Assembly: GCA_030704615.1 (NCBI GenBank)
Contig: CM060733.1
Coordinates: forward strand, 9,610,001 to 9,674,000
Length of the DNA: 64,000 bases
From: Takakia lepidozioides
Taxonomy: Eukaryota > Plantae > Bryophyta
Reading direction: 5' to 3'
Below the pieces are notes generated by a model. It worked only from the letters and a program-made list of their open reading frames with translations, did no database searches and was not told where the DNA came from. Positions 13,961 to 24,906 of the stretch are shown here, piece by piece (within the stretch, counting starts at the first letter, position 1; every line of letters begins with the position of its first letter). The translations under genes and the position numbers were made by a program.

Positions 13961-14524
13961 TTTCCTTTGGTTTCCAGCTACCTAGTGCATTGTGTTCCCA
14001 CCAGATTGGGGCGTCTGGAAGCTGACCCTGCTGATCCGCGCCAGCGCTTGCACATTGTGGTGAGTGCCTTCTGCTGCATGAGCAGGGAAGTTTTGCTTGG
14101 CAGTTAGTGGATCTAGAATTTGTTTGTGTACTAGTGTGAGGCCCAGCAGTCGAGCATCTGGAATCAGAGCTCCTTGTTTGTCCCATTGGCTGCATGTTGG
14201 AGTAGTGCATAATGTCTTGAGAAGTCAAAGACTGCAACGATCCCAGTGTTGGTAATTATAGTGAGGTTGAAGGGTGCAGGTGAGTGAGGGCCGCAATCAT
14301 GTTCGAAGTGCGCCATCTCGTTAACAATGCGGGGTTTGAGGTTTGTTAGTGCTGCTTTTGTGATCCCTATTTTATGCTTGCTTTTCCTTCAGGGGTTGCT
14401 GTTAGGTGCAAGAGCTCAGGCTGATAGTGGCTATCTACAAGTTTGTTTCAGGTCAGTATTATTTTCAGTGACCAGCTTGCCATGAAAAGTCTGGAGGTTG
14501 TGTAATGTGCCCCGACTTTGAAGC

Positions 14525-15140
14525 TTGTCACAGTGGAGGGTGTTGGCATACATGTTCACATGGGGCAGTATCTAGGATGATATTTGGTGCAATTCCAGCT
14601 TTCATGATATCAGTAATTTCCGACTCAGTATGCGCACTTTTTTGCCCTTTCTAGAGCTGCCAGTGTGGTGCACACCTTGAGAATGCACACGAACGTGACT
14701 TGGTGGGGGGTCATGCCTTCCTTTCTCATATGCTCATAGGTCTTAAAGCATTCATGGAACACCCATGTTTTGTATATCCCGACCTCACTATACTCCATGA
14801 AAACATATTTTCTTCTGGCATTTTCTCAAACACTCAGGTGTGCGTTAACAATGCTGCCACTTGGAATCAATGACAAAGAATGCAACATCCCATCGCCCAC
14901 CAAGTCCCGGTGTGGAGAAAAGTGAGGGAGAGATCACTTGACATACATGTTCACAAAGTGTATTGTGTAGAAACACATTTGGTTTAAATCCACTTTGAAT
15001 AATATGGGCGTGCACCTGCTTCCCCAGTACGCCGTTCATCTTGATGCACTTCTGTGAGAACCGAACATAAGTATCGGAGTCTGCAGAAACACCTTGCTCG
15101 AACAATTCCATAGCCTCTTCCACTTGTACTGCCTCACATT
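14525..15140 (-). pseudogene. PLS-PPR relic, head-to-head with gene 2
   Basis: EEAMELFEQGVSADSDTYV...GKQVHAHIIQSGFKPNVFLHNTL followed by frameshifted P/L/S remnants and an unrelated insert at about 14845-14935. Confidence 0.8.
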
Positions 15141-15340
15141 GTAGTGTCTGAAAACGCTAAATTCCTAAACATCGGGAATTCTGACACATAGGGAACATGT
15201 TCCTGGACCATAGATGACAACGCTGGGAACGTCGTTGGAAATTAGCCTTTCCACGGATGAAACTCACTAAGGGGGGCACAGTGTGAAAAAAAAAGGGCCA
15301 AAAAAAGCGGCTACAGGGTATTGAGTCCAGTACCTGATAA

Positions 15341-15354
15341 AGGGTTTAGGGTTT
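15341..15354. promoter_or_regulatory. Telo-box-like AGGGTTTAGGGTTT just upstream of the gene 2 start
   Basis: Interstitial telomere motif about 30-45 nt 5' of ATG 15386; function not demonstrable from sequence. Confidence 0.25.
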
Positions 15355-15385
15355 ATGGTTTGCAGTGTTGGGGAGCATGGTGGGG

Positions 15386-18300
15386 ATGGCAGCGTGCTCC
15401 AGTGTTGTCCTGAGCGCGCATGTGGATTCAGTACCGGATGCCCCGTCTGTGCGTTTCGATCATGCGAGAGGCCTCACATCGTGCAGCGGATTAAGGGGTT
15501 GGGCCGTGGAGCTGAAAGCAGCACCCCCCCGGGCAATGCGCGAAAAGACGAGTGCCTTGCAAGTGGTGGCTATTGCGCCTCGCAAGCCTTCAGGGATGCA
15601 AATGGCGTTAGGTTGTAACACGAAACATTTTCGTTGACTTTTTTGGGAGTTGCTGTGTTTTATGCCCCGTAGGATGTAGGCTGTGCTAATTTGGTCGAAG
15701 GAGCACAGAGGATGGTTGTATGAGGCTGTCGGCACCCTTGCCCTCCTGAAACTTTCCGTATCTATTGACTGACTCTTGTACGATTACATTTTGTGGACCC
15801 TTGTTGTTGAGTTGAGTTAGATTATCTGTCTGCTCTGCAAAAGCAGCTGTTATTGTTAGTTTGGTAGGTTATTCTTCCTCAGCAGCACGCCGGAGCACGA
15901 AGATAGGATGTTCAGGATATTTTTCCTGGATTTTGCAAGGTTCCTGGGAGGGTTGATGCGGCTTGGTCTTAGGAAGCTGTGCTTAAAACTCTGGCGGCTC
16001 AGCTGCACCCTGGTGGTTTTCACAGACCACTCCAAAACCTGCAGACTACAAATATAAGCAGTGCACACAAGAGGTCCTTTGGATTGAGGGTTGGTTGAAT
16101 CCTCCTTGGGTGAAAGAAAAGCTAATTGCCAAGACACAAGGTCGAGAACAGTCTGGTGATGGTGGAAGGATATCAGAGTGGTGGTCTAATTTCGGTCTGG
16201 TTGGTGGAGCTCCTTGGAAGCTTGAAGATGGCAGTGAGTATGACTGGCAATTAGCTGAGAGGGGTAGCCTTGGCATGTAATAGCATCTTTAAATTTTGAC
16301 ATATTTGTATGTGTCTCATTGTGTTGCTTCAGATAGGGCCCAGTGGGACTCGTATAAATGTTGTCAAAAGCTACCGTGGCACTCCTCTTCAAAGGAACAT
16401 GTCAGAGTTTTGAGGCTCTTGAACCTTTTTTTTGGCACGAAGGTCAACCATGGAGCACAGAATAGCACTCGCAAAAGTTCTTTAGAAGTTCTTCACAATG
16501 GTGTGACAATTGGATTGGCAAGGTGTGGCTTTCTTCTTGTATGATGTGAGGAACTTTGTCTGTTCTGCAACATTGGCTCTTCTTGTTGGTATCATAGGTT
16601 GTTCTTCCTAAGCATGCAATGACAAGGCTTTGTCCCACAGTTTTTCCTGGTAGTTACAAGCTACTTGGGAGGGTTCCTTGGTTCTGCGTAAAGCCATGAC
16701 TGCTTAGCTGCTAATTGGTGGTTTTCACAGATGAATCCAAGACCACCAGACTACAGACATAGCCACCTCGCACAAGATGTCCTTTGGATTGAGGGTTTGT
16801 TGAACCCTCCTTGGGTGAAAGAAAGGCTAGCTGCTGTGATATGTGGTGAGAGCACCTTCGACACATTTAGGCTTGTTTTGTCATCAAATCAGATTTGAAG
16901 CTGGACATTTTTTATCATGGGGTTTGTAAGTAGCTTGTCGTGTGGATCTATGGTGGTTCCTAGTGTTTTTGATATGTCACTGCCAATGGGTCGCAGGAAA
17001 ATATCCAAAGACCAGAAATAGAGGCGAGGAGAAGCTTTGGAAGGAATATTTCTCTAACCCCAGTCAATGGTGGGACAATCGCGGCAGAAAGGTGCGTGCC
17101 TGTTATGCTACAGCAGATGCAGATGATAAGTTGCATCATGAAACCGTCTTGCCATTTGTCATCCACTCTCTCCCTAACAAACATTTTGAAAGTCTTGTCA
17201 GCAATTCAGCATTGAAAGTAGTGTTTGGTAAGTTGGGGCGGGGTGTTTGCTAGGTAATTTTGGGTTGTGTTGTCAGCTACCAGCAGCAAGACAGAGGATC
17301 TCTGCATTTTTTAAGGAGCCAGGATGGAGAGTGGGGTGCAGATCCATGCAAGAGGACCCAATTTCAAGCACAAGAGTACCAGCGAGGCACTTGGGATTGA
17401 TAGCTACAAGAAACCTGCATGGGTAGATGGTGCACTACAAGCAGCAGCTCAGTTGACAGAATCAGGCACCTCCACCATGACCCTTGCTTCTGAAAGAGGT
17501 CCAAGAGAGGGAGTGCACAAGATCTCTTCCGGCGCTTGTGGGCATGTGAGGACACTATGTCAGGCAGGACAATTGAAAGAGGCTTTGCACATCCTGAACC
17601 AAGAAGGCATTTTCACAGACTCTAATACTTATGTGTGTCTCTTGCAACAGTGCATCAAGATAAAACACCTTGCAGCAGGAAAGCAAGTGCACACCCACAT
17701 TATCCAAAGTGGGTTCAAGCCAAACGTGTTTCTACACAACACCCTTGTCAACATGTATGTCAAGTGTGGGAGCATCGTGGATGCCAAGAGAGTTTTTGAA
17801 AAAATGCCAGAACGAAATATGTTTTCGTGGACTATAATGATGGCAGGATATACCAAGCGTGGGTGCAGTAGGAACTCCTTGGAGACCTATGAGCAAATGA
17901 TACAGGAAGGGGTAGTGCCTGACCAGGTCACGTTTGTTTGTGTTCTCAATGCGTGTGCAAGCCTGGAAGCCCTGGAAAGTGGCAAACAGGTCCATGCTGA
18001 GATAATAAAGGCAGGAATCGTACCAAATATTATTTTGAGCAATACCCTAGTGGACATGTATGCCAAATGTGGAAGCATCAAGAATGCAAAGGTAGTGTTT
18101 GACAATTTGTCTGAACGAAATGTGGTCTCATGGAATGCAATGATAACAGGATATTCCCAGCATGGGTATGGGATGGAGGCTTTAGAGATCTATGATCACA
18201 TGATGCAGGAAGGGGTGAAACCAGATCAGGTCACATTCGTTTGCGTTTGCAATGCATGTGCCAGTCTAGCAGCCCTGGAAAGAGGCAAAAAGGTGCATGC

Positions 18301-19954
18301 TGACATAATTAAAGCTGGAATTGTACCAAATATGATTCTGGACAATGCGCTCGTGAACATGTATGCTAAATGCGGCAGCATGCAGATTGCAAAGGGAATA
18401 TTTGACAAAATGGGGGAACGAGATGTGGTATCGTGGAGTGCGATGATCACAGGATATGCCAAGTATGCATGTGGGATGGAGGCTTTGGAGACCTATGAGC
18501 AAATGACACAGGAAGGGGTGAAGCCCAACCAGGTAACATTTATTTGTGTTTGCAATGCGTGTGCCAGTCTGGCAGCCCTAGGAAAGGGAAAAGAGGTCCA
18601 TGCTGACATCATGAAAGCTGATATTATACCAAATATCATTCTGGGCAACACCCTTGTGGACATGTATGCCAAATGCGGGAGCATCAACGATGCAAAGATA
18701 GTGTTCGACAGCATGGCTGAACGAGATGTGGTGTCATGGAGTGCGATGATTGCAGGATTTGCCCAGCATGGGTATGGGATGGAGGCTTTGGGGACCTATG
18801 AGCAAATGGTGCAGGACGGGGTGAAGCCCAACCAGGTCACATACATCTGCGTTCTAAGGGCTTGTGCCAGCCTGGCAGCCCTGGAAAAGGGCAAAGAGAT
18901 CCATTTTGACATTGTGAAAGCTGGATTTGCACCCAGTATTATCTTGGACACTACCCTCGTGGACATGTATGCAAAGTGTGGGAGCATCAAGGAGGCAAAG
19001 GGAGTGTTTGACAATATGGGTGAACGAGATGTGGTGTCATGGAGTGCGATGATTGCAGGATATGCCCAGCATGGTTGTCATAGGGAGGCCCTGCAACTAT
19101 TTGAAGGAATGCGAAAGCAAGGCTTGAAGCCGGACAGTATCACCTTTACATGTGTTATCTCTGCATGTAGCCATGTTGGCCTAGTGGATGAAGGCATGCA
19201 CTACTTTGAATCCCTGAGTGAAGATTATGGCCTCACTCCTACAATGGAGCACTTTGGCTGCATGGTAGACCTTCTGGGCCGTGTGGGGCGATTGGATGAA
19301 GCAGCCGACTTCATCAACAAAATGCCAATGAAACCAGATGCTGTGGTGTGGAAGGCCTTGCTTGGTGCGTGCAGAATTCATGGCAATGTGCAGGTGGCAG
19401 AGCGGGCAGCAACATCTATTCTCAAGTATGATAGTCAGGATGCTGCAACTTATGTGTTGCTATCAAACATATATGCTGCAGCTGGCAGGTGGGAGGATAC
19501 TGCAAAGGTGAGGAAAATGATGAAGGTCAGAGGTGTCAGAAAAGAGCCTGGTCGCTCCAGCATTGAGGTTGGGAAAGGTGTTCACACGTTCGTTGTAGGT
19601 GACAAATTGCATCCACAAATTATGGAAATCCATGCTGAGCTGCGAAGACTCTCTTTGCAGATGCAGGAGGCAGGGTATGTGCCGGACACCCGCTTTGTAT
19701 TGCATGATGTGGAGGAGGAGCGAAAGGAATTTTCTCTTTGCTTCCACAGTGAGAAGCTGGCTATTGGTTTTGGGCTGATCAGCACCACCCCTGGGACGCC
19801 TCTCCGCGTCATCAAGAACCTTCGGGTGTGTGGTGACTGCCACACAGCGACAAAGTTTATCTCCAAGCTTGTTGGGCGAGAAATTGTCGTACGGGATGCC
19901 AACCGCTTTCACCACTTCAAAGATGGGGTTTGTTCTTGTGGGGAGTACTGGTGA
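15386..19954 (+). CDS. PPR gene 2: transit peptide + OSB-type PDF motif + PLS PPR + E1/E2 + intact DYW cytidine deaminase (C-to-U editing factor)
   Basis: The open model 15386-15611 + 16997-17091 + 17342-19954 gives 977 aa. The DYW domain has the PG box, HSEKLA and CGDCH and ends CSCGEYW. Extra PDF exons lie at 16026-16233, 16443-16522 (TAG at 16463-16465) and 16731-16845. Confidence 0.85.
16026..17425 (+). other. PDF-motif exon modules of gene 2 (one intact, two damaged)
   Basis: TTPKPADYKYKQCTQEVLWIEGWLNPPWV; QPWSTE*HSQKFFRSSSQWCDNWIGK|MNPRPPDYRHSHLAQDVLWIEGLLNPPWV; LWKEYFSNPSQWWDNRGRK|IHARGPNFKHKSTSEALGIDSYKKPAWV. Confidence 0.75.
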
Positions 19955-21219
19955 CGACTTTTCTTGTTTAAGATGTTGGTGTCATTCACAGTTCTCTGGG
20001 AATGTTGGCTGTGACATAGTTGAGGTATTTTCCTCTGAAAATCCGTCCTCCAACAGCTGATCGTGTGGCACCAGGGATGGAACAAATTGCGATATGATCC
20101 TGCATAACTAATAGCAATCTGGTAAGAAGCATTTCCTGTCGATGTACATGGTGGTTCTAGAAAGCCGGATGTTGTTCCCTGCACTGATTTTTGCTCCTAA
20201 TTTGCTCACTGATATGACAAGTGGCTGTCTTTGGGTGGCACAGTTGTATCTCGAAGATGAAGATTTGTGTATATAGATGTGTAGAGAGATACAGAGAAAG
20301 AGACAGGGAGTCCTTACAATTCCTGCAACAACAGGGTGCTGGGCGAGGTCTTTGCAGGGGGTTGATTTTCGCTTGTTCTACAATGGAGGAATGACAGGTA
20401 TGTGTGGATCATTTGCTATCCCTGATTTATTTCACAAGTTTTTATGTGATCTCTAGCCATATTTCTCTAACATCCAATATCGTACAACAGTAGACACGTC
20501 ATCTGCTACGTAGGCTCATATTGGTCTTTCTTTTTGTCTTGCTGCCTAGCCCCCCCACCCTGCCCCATGATGCCTTTCTCCTAAATTTTCATCTCTTCAC
20601 TCCTAATGGCACAAGAAAGAAGCTTATGCATGCTCATGTAGACTAAGTCTCACTTGAGAGTGGACTTGTGTTTGAAGTTGATCAGGCGTTACTATGCTGC
20701 AGATGAATTGTGGATGGAGGTTGTGAAGACTGTCTGATTTGATCATCATGTGGCCACCTATAGGTGGTAGTGCATCTCTCATAAGCCCTTTTGGTGTCTG
20801 CCACTGCAAACAGGTCAGGTTAAGCCATAGCTTCACCTGATGCTTTCAATGATGACATCAATGCCTGCACTTCAGCAAGCACGAATTCTCCTGTGTTCAG
20901 CTAGCTGTCAGCTGCATGATCAAGATAGGAGATGGGCTCTGTGGACTCTGACTCGTTGGGTGTAAGGACAAGGAGGGCCAGGATTATGGCCTGAAGGGTA
21001 GCTCATGCCAACAGTCTCAGACATTGGTCACTATCTCTCTCTTCTGGTGTATATCACACCTAACGGAGATTAATTTTGATGCCCTTCACAGGCATTTTAA
21101 GGGCATGACAAAAGTTGCCCTTCAAATAAAAAGGGTGGATCCCAACATAAATGTGCTATACACTAAATTATATGATCTGACATAGGAAGGGCAACTTAGG
21201 AAAGTGCCTGTCAATGTCA

Positions 21220-22295
21220 TAGCACATGGTGGCAAGATATACCAAGCATGGTTGTGGTAGGAATGCCTTCGAGACATATGATCAACTGATACAGCAAGGG
21301 GTGATGCCCGATCAGGTCACATTTGTTTGCATTCTCAAGGCTTGTGCGAGACTGGCAGCCCTGGAAAACAGCAAAGAGGTCCATGCTGACATATGAAACC
21401 TGGACTTGTACCAAATCTGATTTTGAACAATAGCCTTGTTGACATGTATGCGAAATGCGGGAGCATGAAGGTTGCGAAGAGAGTATTTGACAACATGGCT
21501 GAATGGGATAGGGTGTCGCGGAATGCGATGATCACAGGATATGCCCAGCATGGGTGTGGGATGGAGGCTTTGGGGACCTATGAGCAAAAGATGCGGAAGC
21601 ATTCAACAGAATGCCTCAACGATCTTGATCATGTGGAATATAATGTTGGCAGGATTTACCAAGCATGGGTGTGGTAGGAATGCTTTTGAGACCTATGAGC
21701 AGATTCTGCGCAAAGGGGTGAAGCCCAACCACATCAGGTTTGTTTGTGTTTGCAATGCTTGTGCAAGCCTGGCAGCCCTGAAAAATGGCAAAGAGGTGCA
21801 TGGTTGCATCGCCAAAGCTGGAATTGTACCAGATGTGATTCTGAACAATACCCTCGTAGACATGTATGCCAAATGTGGGAGCATCGAGGATGTGGAGGGA
21901 GTGTTCAACAATATGGCTGAACGAGATTTGGTGTCATGGAACGCCATGCTTGTAGGATATGCACAGCAGGTGTGCGGGATGGAGGCCTGGGGGAAGGGGT
22001 GAAGCCCGACCACATCACGTTTGTGTGCGTTTGCAATGCGTGTGCAAGCCTGGCAGCCCTGGAAAGGGGCAAAGAGGTTCATGGTGACATCATCAAAGCT
22101 GGAATTGTACCAAATATCATTCTGGACACTGCCCTGGTTCATTTGTATGCGAAATGTGAGTGCAATGAGGATGCAAAGGGAGTATTTGACAATATGGCTG
22201 AATGAAATGTGAGTGCAATGAGGATGCAAAGGGAGTATTTGACAATATGGCTGAATGAAATGTGGTGTCGTGGAATGCGATGATCGCAGGATATG
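21220..22295 (+). pseudogene. Fragmented PLS-PPR array
   Basis: Several P/L/S motifs broken by frameshifts and stops, a 53-bp tandem duplication at 22151/22204, and no E/DYW. Confidence 0.85.
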
Positions 22296-22429
22296 GTGTC
22301 TTGCTTCATTCATTGATCTGTGTAGCTACTCAGACCATCCACCATTTCCTGATAGTGGGATCTACCCGGCATAGGTAGGAAGTCAGCCCACAATTGCACT
22401 TGACTGAAGGGGTGATTTTTGACTGATTC

Positions 22430-22660
22430 TGGTGACAGTGGATGGAAATCAGAGTGCTGTCCTAATTCTAGGTTTGGGTGGTGGAGCTTCACCAAAGCTT
22501 GAAGATGGAAGTGAATACGAATTTTAATGAGCTTGATGAGAGGGGCAGCCATGTGCACAAGTTTGTTCAGCATCTTAAATTTGGACATGTTTGTTTGTTT
22601 CTCGTGGTGTGGCTTTGGATGGAGCCCTTGATGAACTTACATGAATATTGTCAAAAGCTA
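22430..22660 (+). pseudogene. Relic of the PDF-module linker exon end and following intron
   Basis: Aligns with gene 2 at about 16152-16373 (GGTGGAGCT...AAGCTTGAAGATGG.AGTGA...TGTCAAAAGCTA). Confidence 0.65.
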
Positions 22661-22964
22661 GCCTTAACCCACCAAGATCCAATCCCACGGTGGATGCTTG
22701 AAAGTTCATATAGTGAATGTAAGGGTATTTGAGTATGTTGATACCGATTGATGTGGCTTGTGAAAATTGAACATTGAAATGCAGATCCGCCATTTTTCTT
22801 CCAGAAAAAAACAAAACACGGGATCTCTGCATGTAACACAGTGGGGATGACCCACCTTTTTTTTTGTGAAAAATTGAACGTAGTTCTCAGAATTCGTCGC
22901 CAGTAGTGCGGAGCAATGCGAAGCCCTAGTGTGATAAAAGTATTACATACCAACTGTAAGTAGG

Positions 22965-23157
22965 TTGGATGGTTAAGTGCACTGAGTGCCACCCAAATGA
23001 TTCTGGGGTCAAATCTTGATACTGACGGGTGTGGTATGGTTCCTGGGGGTAAATGAAAGAGGTTATTTTCTTCTCTCATTACTAAGGGGCCTGATTTGTG
23101 AGCTGTCGCTCCCAGGTGTTTCCCTTTTTTCAAAAAACAAAAACAAAAAAAAATAAA
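22965..23157 (+). mobile_element. tRNA-derived SINE-like element (copy 1)
   Basis: A/B-box-like TGGTTAAGTGCAC...GGGGTCAAATC, conserved 3' body and A-rich tail; an inverted second copy lies at about 51040-51270. Confidence 0.55.
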
Positions 23158-23424
23158 TTATGTGGGGAGCCATGAGAGCATCAGGTCAATCATCAAATGC
23201 AGCGATTGTTCAGCCAATTATTCTAGGATTTCTCAGAGCTAAGGAAAATATTTTCCTAGAGCTTTATGCCCTGAAACTTGCATTTGGAGATTTGATATTT
23301 GGAGTTTGTTTGAGATTTCAGGCATTTTCTTATAAATTTCTGGAATTTCGGCATTTTTTCCTAAATTTTCACATAATTATAAGGCAGATTCATTTCTAAT
23401 TATTTAGTGTTGGATCAGCCTTCC

Positions 23425-23880
23425 CACTACGGTATTATGGCAGTCGCTGTTTTTTTTTTAAATTATTATTTTAATAAATATTTTTGAATTAAAGCGACCG
23501 CCATATTATGGCGGTCGCTGGTTTTTTTAATATATTTAAAATATAGCGACCACCATATTATGGCGGTCTCTGGTTTTTTTTAATATATTTTTAAAATAAA
23601 ACGACCGCCATATTATGGTGGTCACTGGTTATTTTTTATATATTTGTAAAATAAAGCGACCGCCATATTATGGCGGTCGCTTGTTTTTTATATATTTTCA
23701 AAATTATGCGACCGCCAATACGGAGATCGCTATTTTTCCTTTTTAAATTAGACGACCGCCAATGCGACCGCCAATTTTGTTTTTTTATTAAAAAAAATTA
23801 AGCGAACGCCATGTTGGCGGTCGATCTTATTTTTAAAATTCCGAAATATAAAGCGACCGCCAGAATTGGCGGTCGCTTTT
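23425..23880. repeat. Array of about 9 palindromic units (AGCGACCGCCATATTATGGCGGTCGCT) with AT-rich spacers; transposon subterminal repeats, CACTA-like start
   Basis: Period about 52-55 bp; begins with CACTAC at 23425; no matching right terminus identified. Confidence 0.75.
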
Positions 23881-24906
23881 ATTTTATTATTTTCCAAAAT
23901 GTATTTGTCACCGCCACCGTGTCGGCGACGTGGCTGCTTAAGTGGCAATATTTTACTTTGTACTTTTTTTTACTAGAATATTCCCAGAACCTGACGTGAC
24001 GGAGGTCCCATTAGCGTCAAGTCTGACGTGACCTAATGCTGACTGATGGACGGACGTGACGCTGATAACCGGGCTTGTAAGGACCACGAACCCAGATCTT
24101 CAAGTCCAAAATCTTCTGCGCAACCTTCTTAATTTGGAGGGGATTCAATCCTTGGAGTTTGCAGACGGCACATTTTGTCAGCTGCGATTGTACACCCTTG
24201 TGTTTTTTTCCATTAATGTCCAGGAGGTTTCCCTTCTCCCACTTTCTGAAAACCTTCTGCCACTTCTCTCAAACATCGTCATCGCAAAGGACCAAAGTCA
24301 TGGCCTCCTTAACGCTAAGCATCTCCAATATAAGTTGTGAGGCTTGCAAAAATTCCTGGTCAACAGGAACAGCATGTCAGGCCAACACACAACGAGTACA
24401 CGCAATTCTGCTGAATGTACAACGGGACATTAAACAAAAATGGAAGTCCGAATGATTACCTTTCACTGAACGGTTTCAGAATTTGAAACGTTATCGTTGA
24501 ATTTCCTGGGCTCCCCCCTCAACTCATAGTACATCCTGGCATGAGCAACTTTCTCCCGGAATGTTGTGTCGAATTTTTGGGCTTTATTTGGGTCGTTCAG
24601 GAGCTTAGATATCTTCAGCAATCGATTATTGCTATCTGACCAGAGGATAATTGATGGTCATTCGGCGTAGTAGTCCCTCTGCTCCCGGTCAGTAATCTCC
24701 TCCACGAGTTCCTGATTTGGAAGTGTTACATCAGCATGGAATTGAACTAGAATGGAGCACGCGCGATCGCGCGTGCTTGCTTATCATGCTATGCATCTCA
24801 TAGAAACAAGTCGTCGATATATCTGATATAATCATCTAGTAAAAGCACGCGCGATCGCGCAAGAATGCTAATGAAGCAACGCATAGAAATATCCGAAAGA
24901 AGATTA

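Noticed and set aside
16463-16465. TAG repaired by U-to-C RNA editing
   Set aside because: That editing is organellar and this is a nuclear gene; the DYW domains here are also the PG-box C-to-U type.
23425-23880. CRISPR array
   Set aside because: Eukaryotic context, no cas genes, and the spacers are mutually similar low-complexity A/T tracts; fits TE subterminal repeats.
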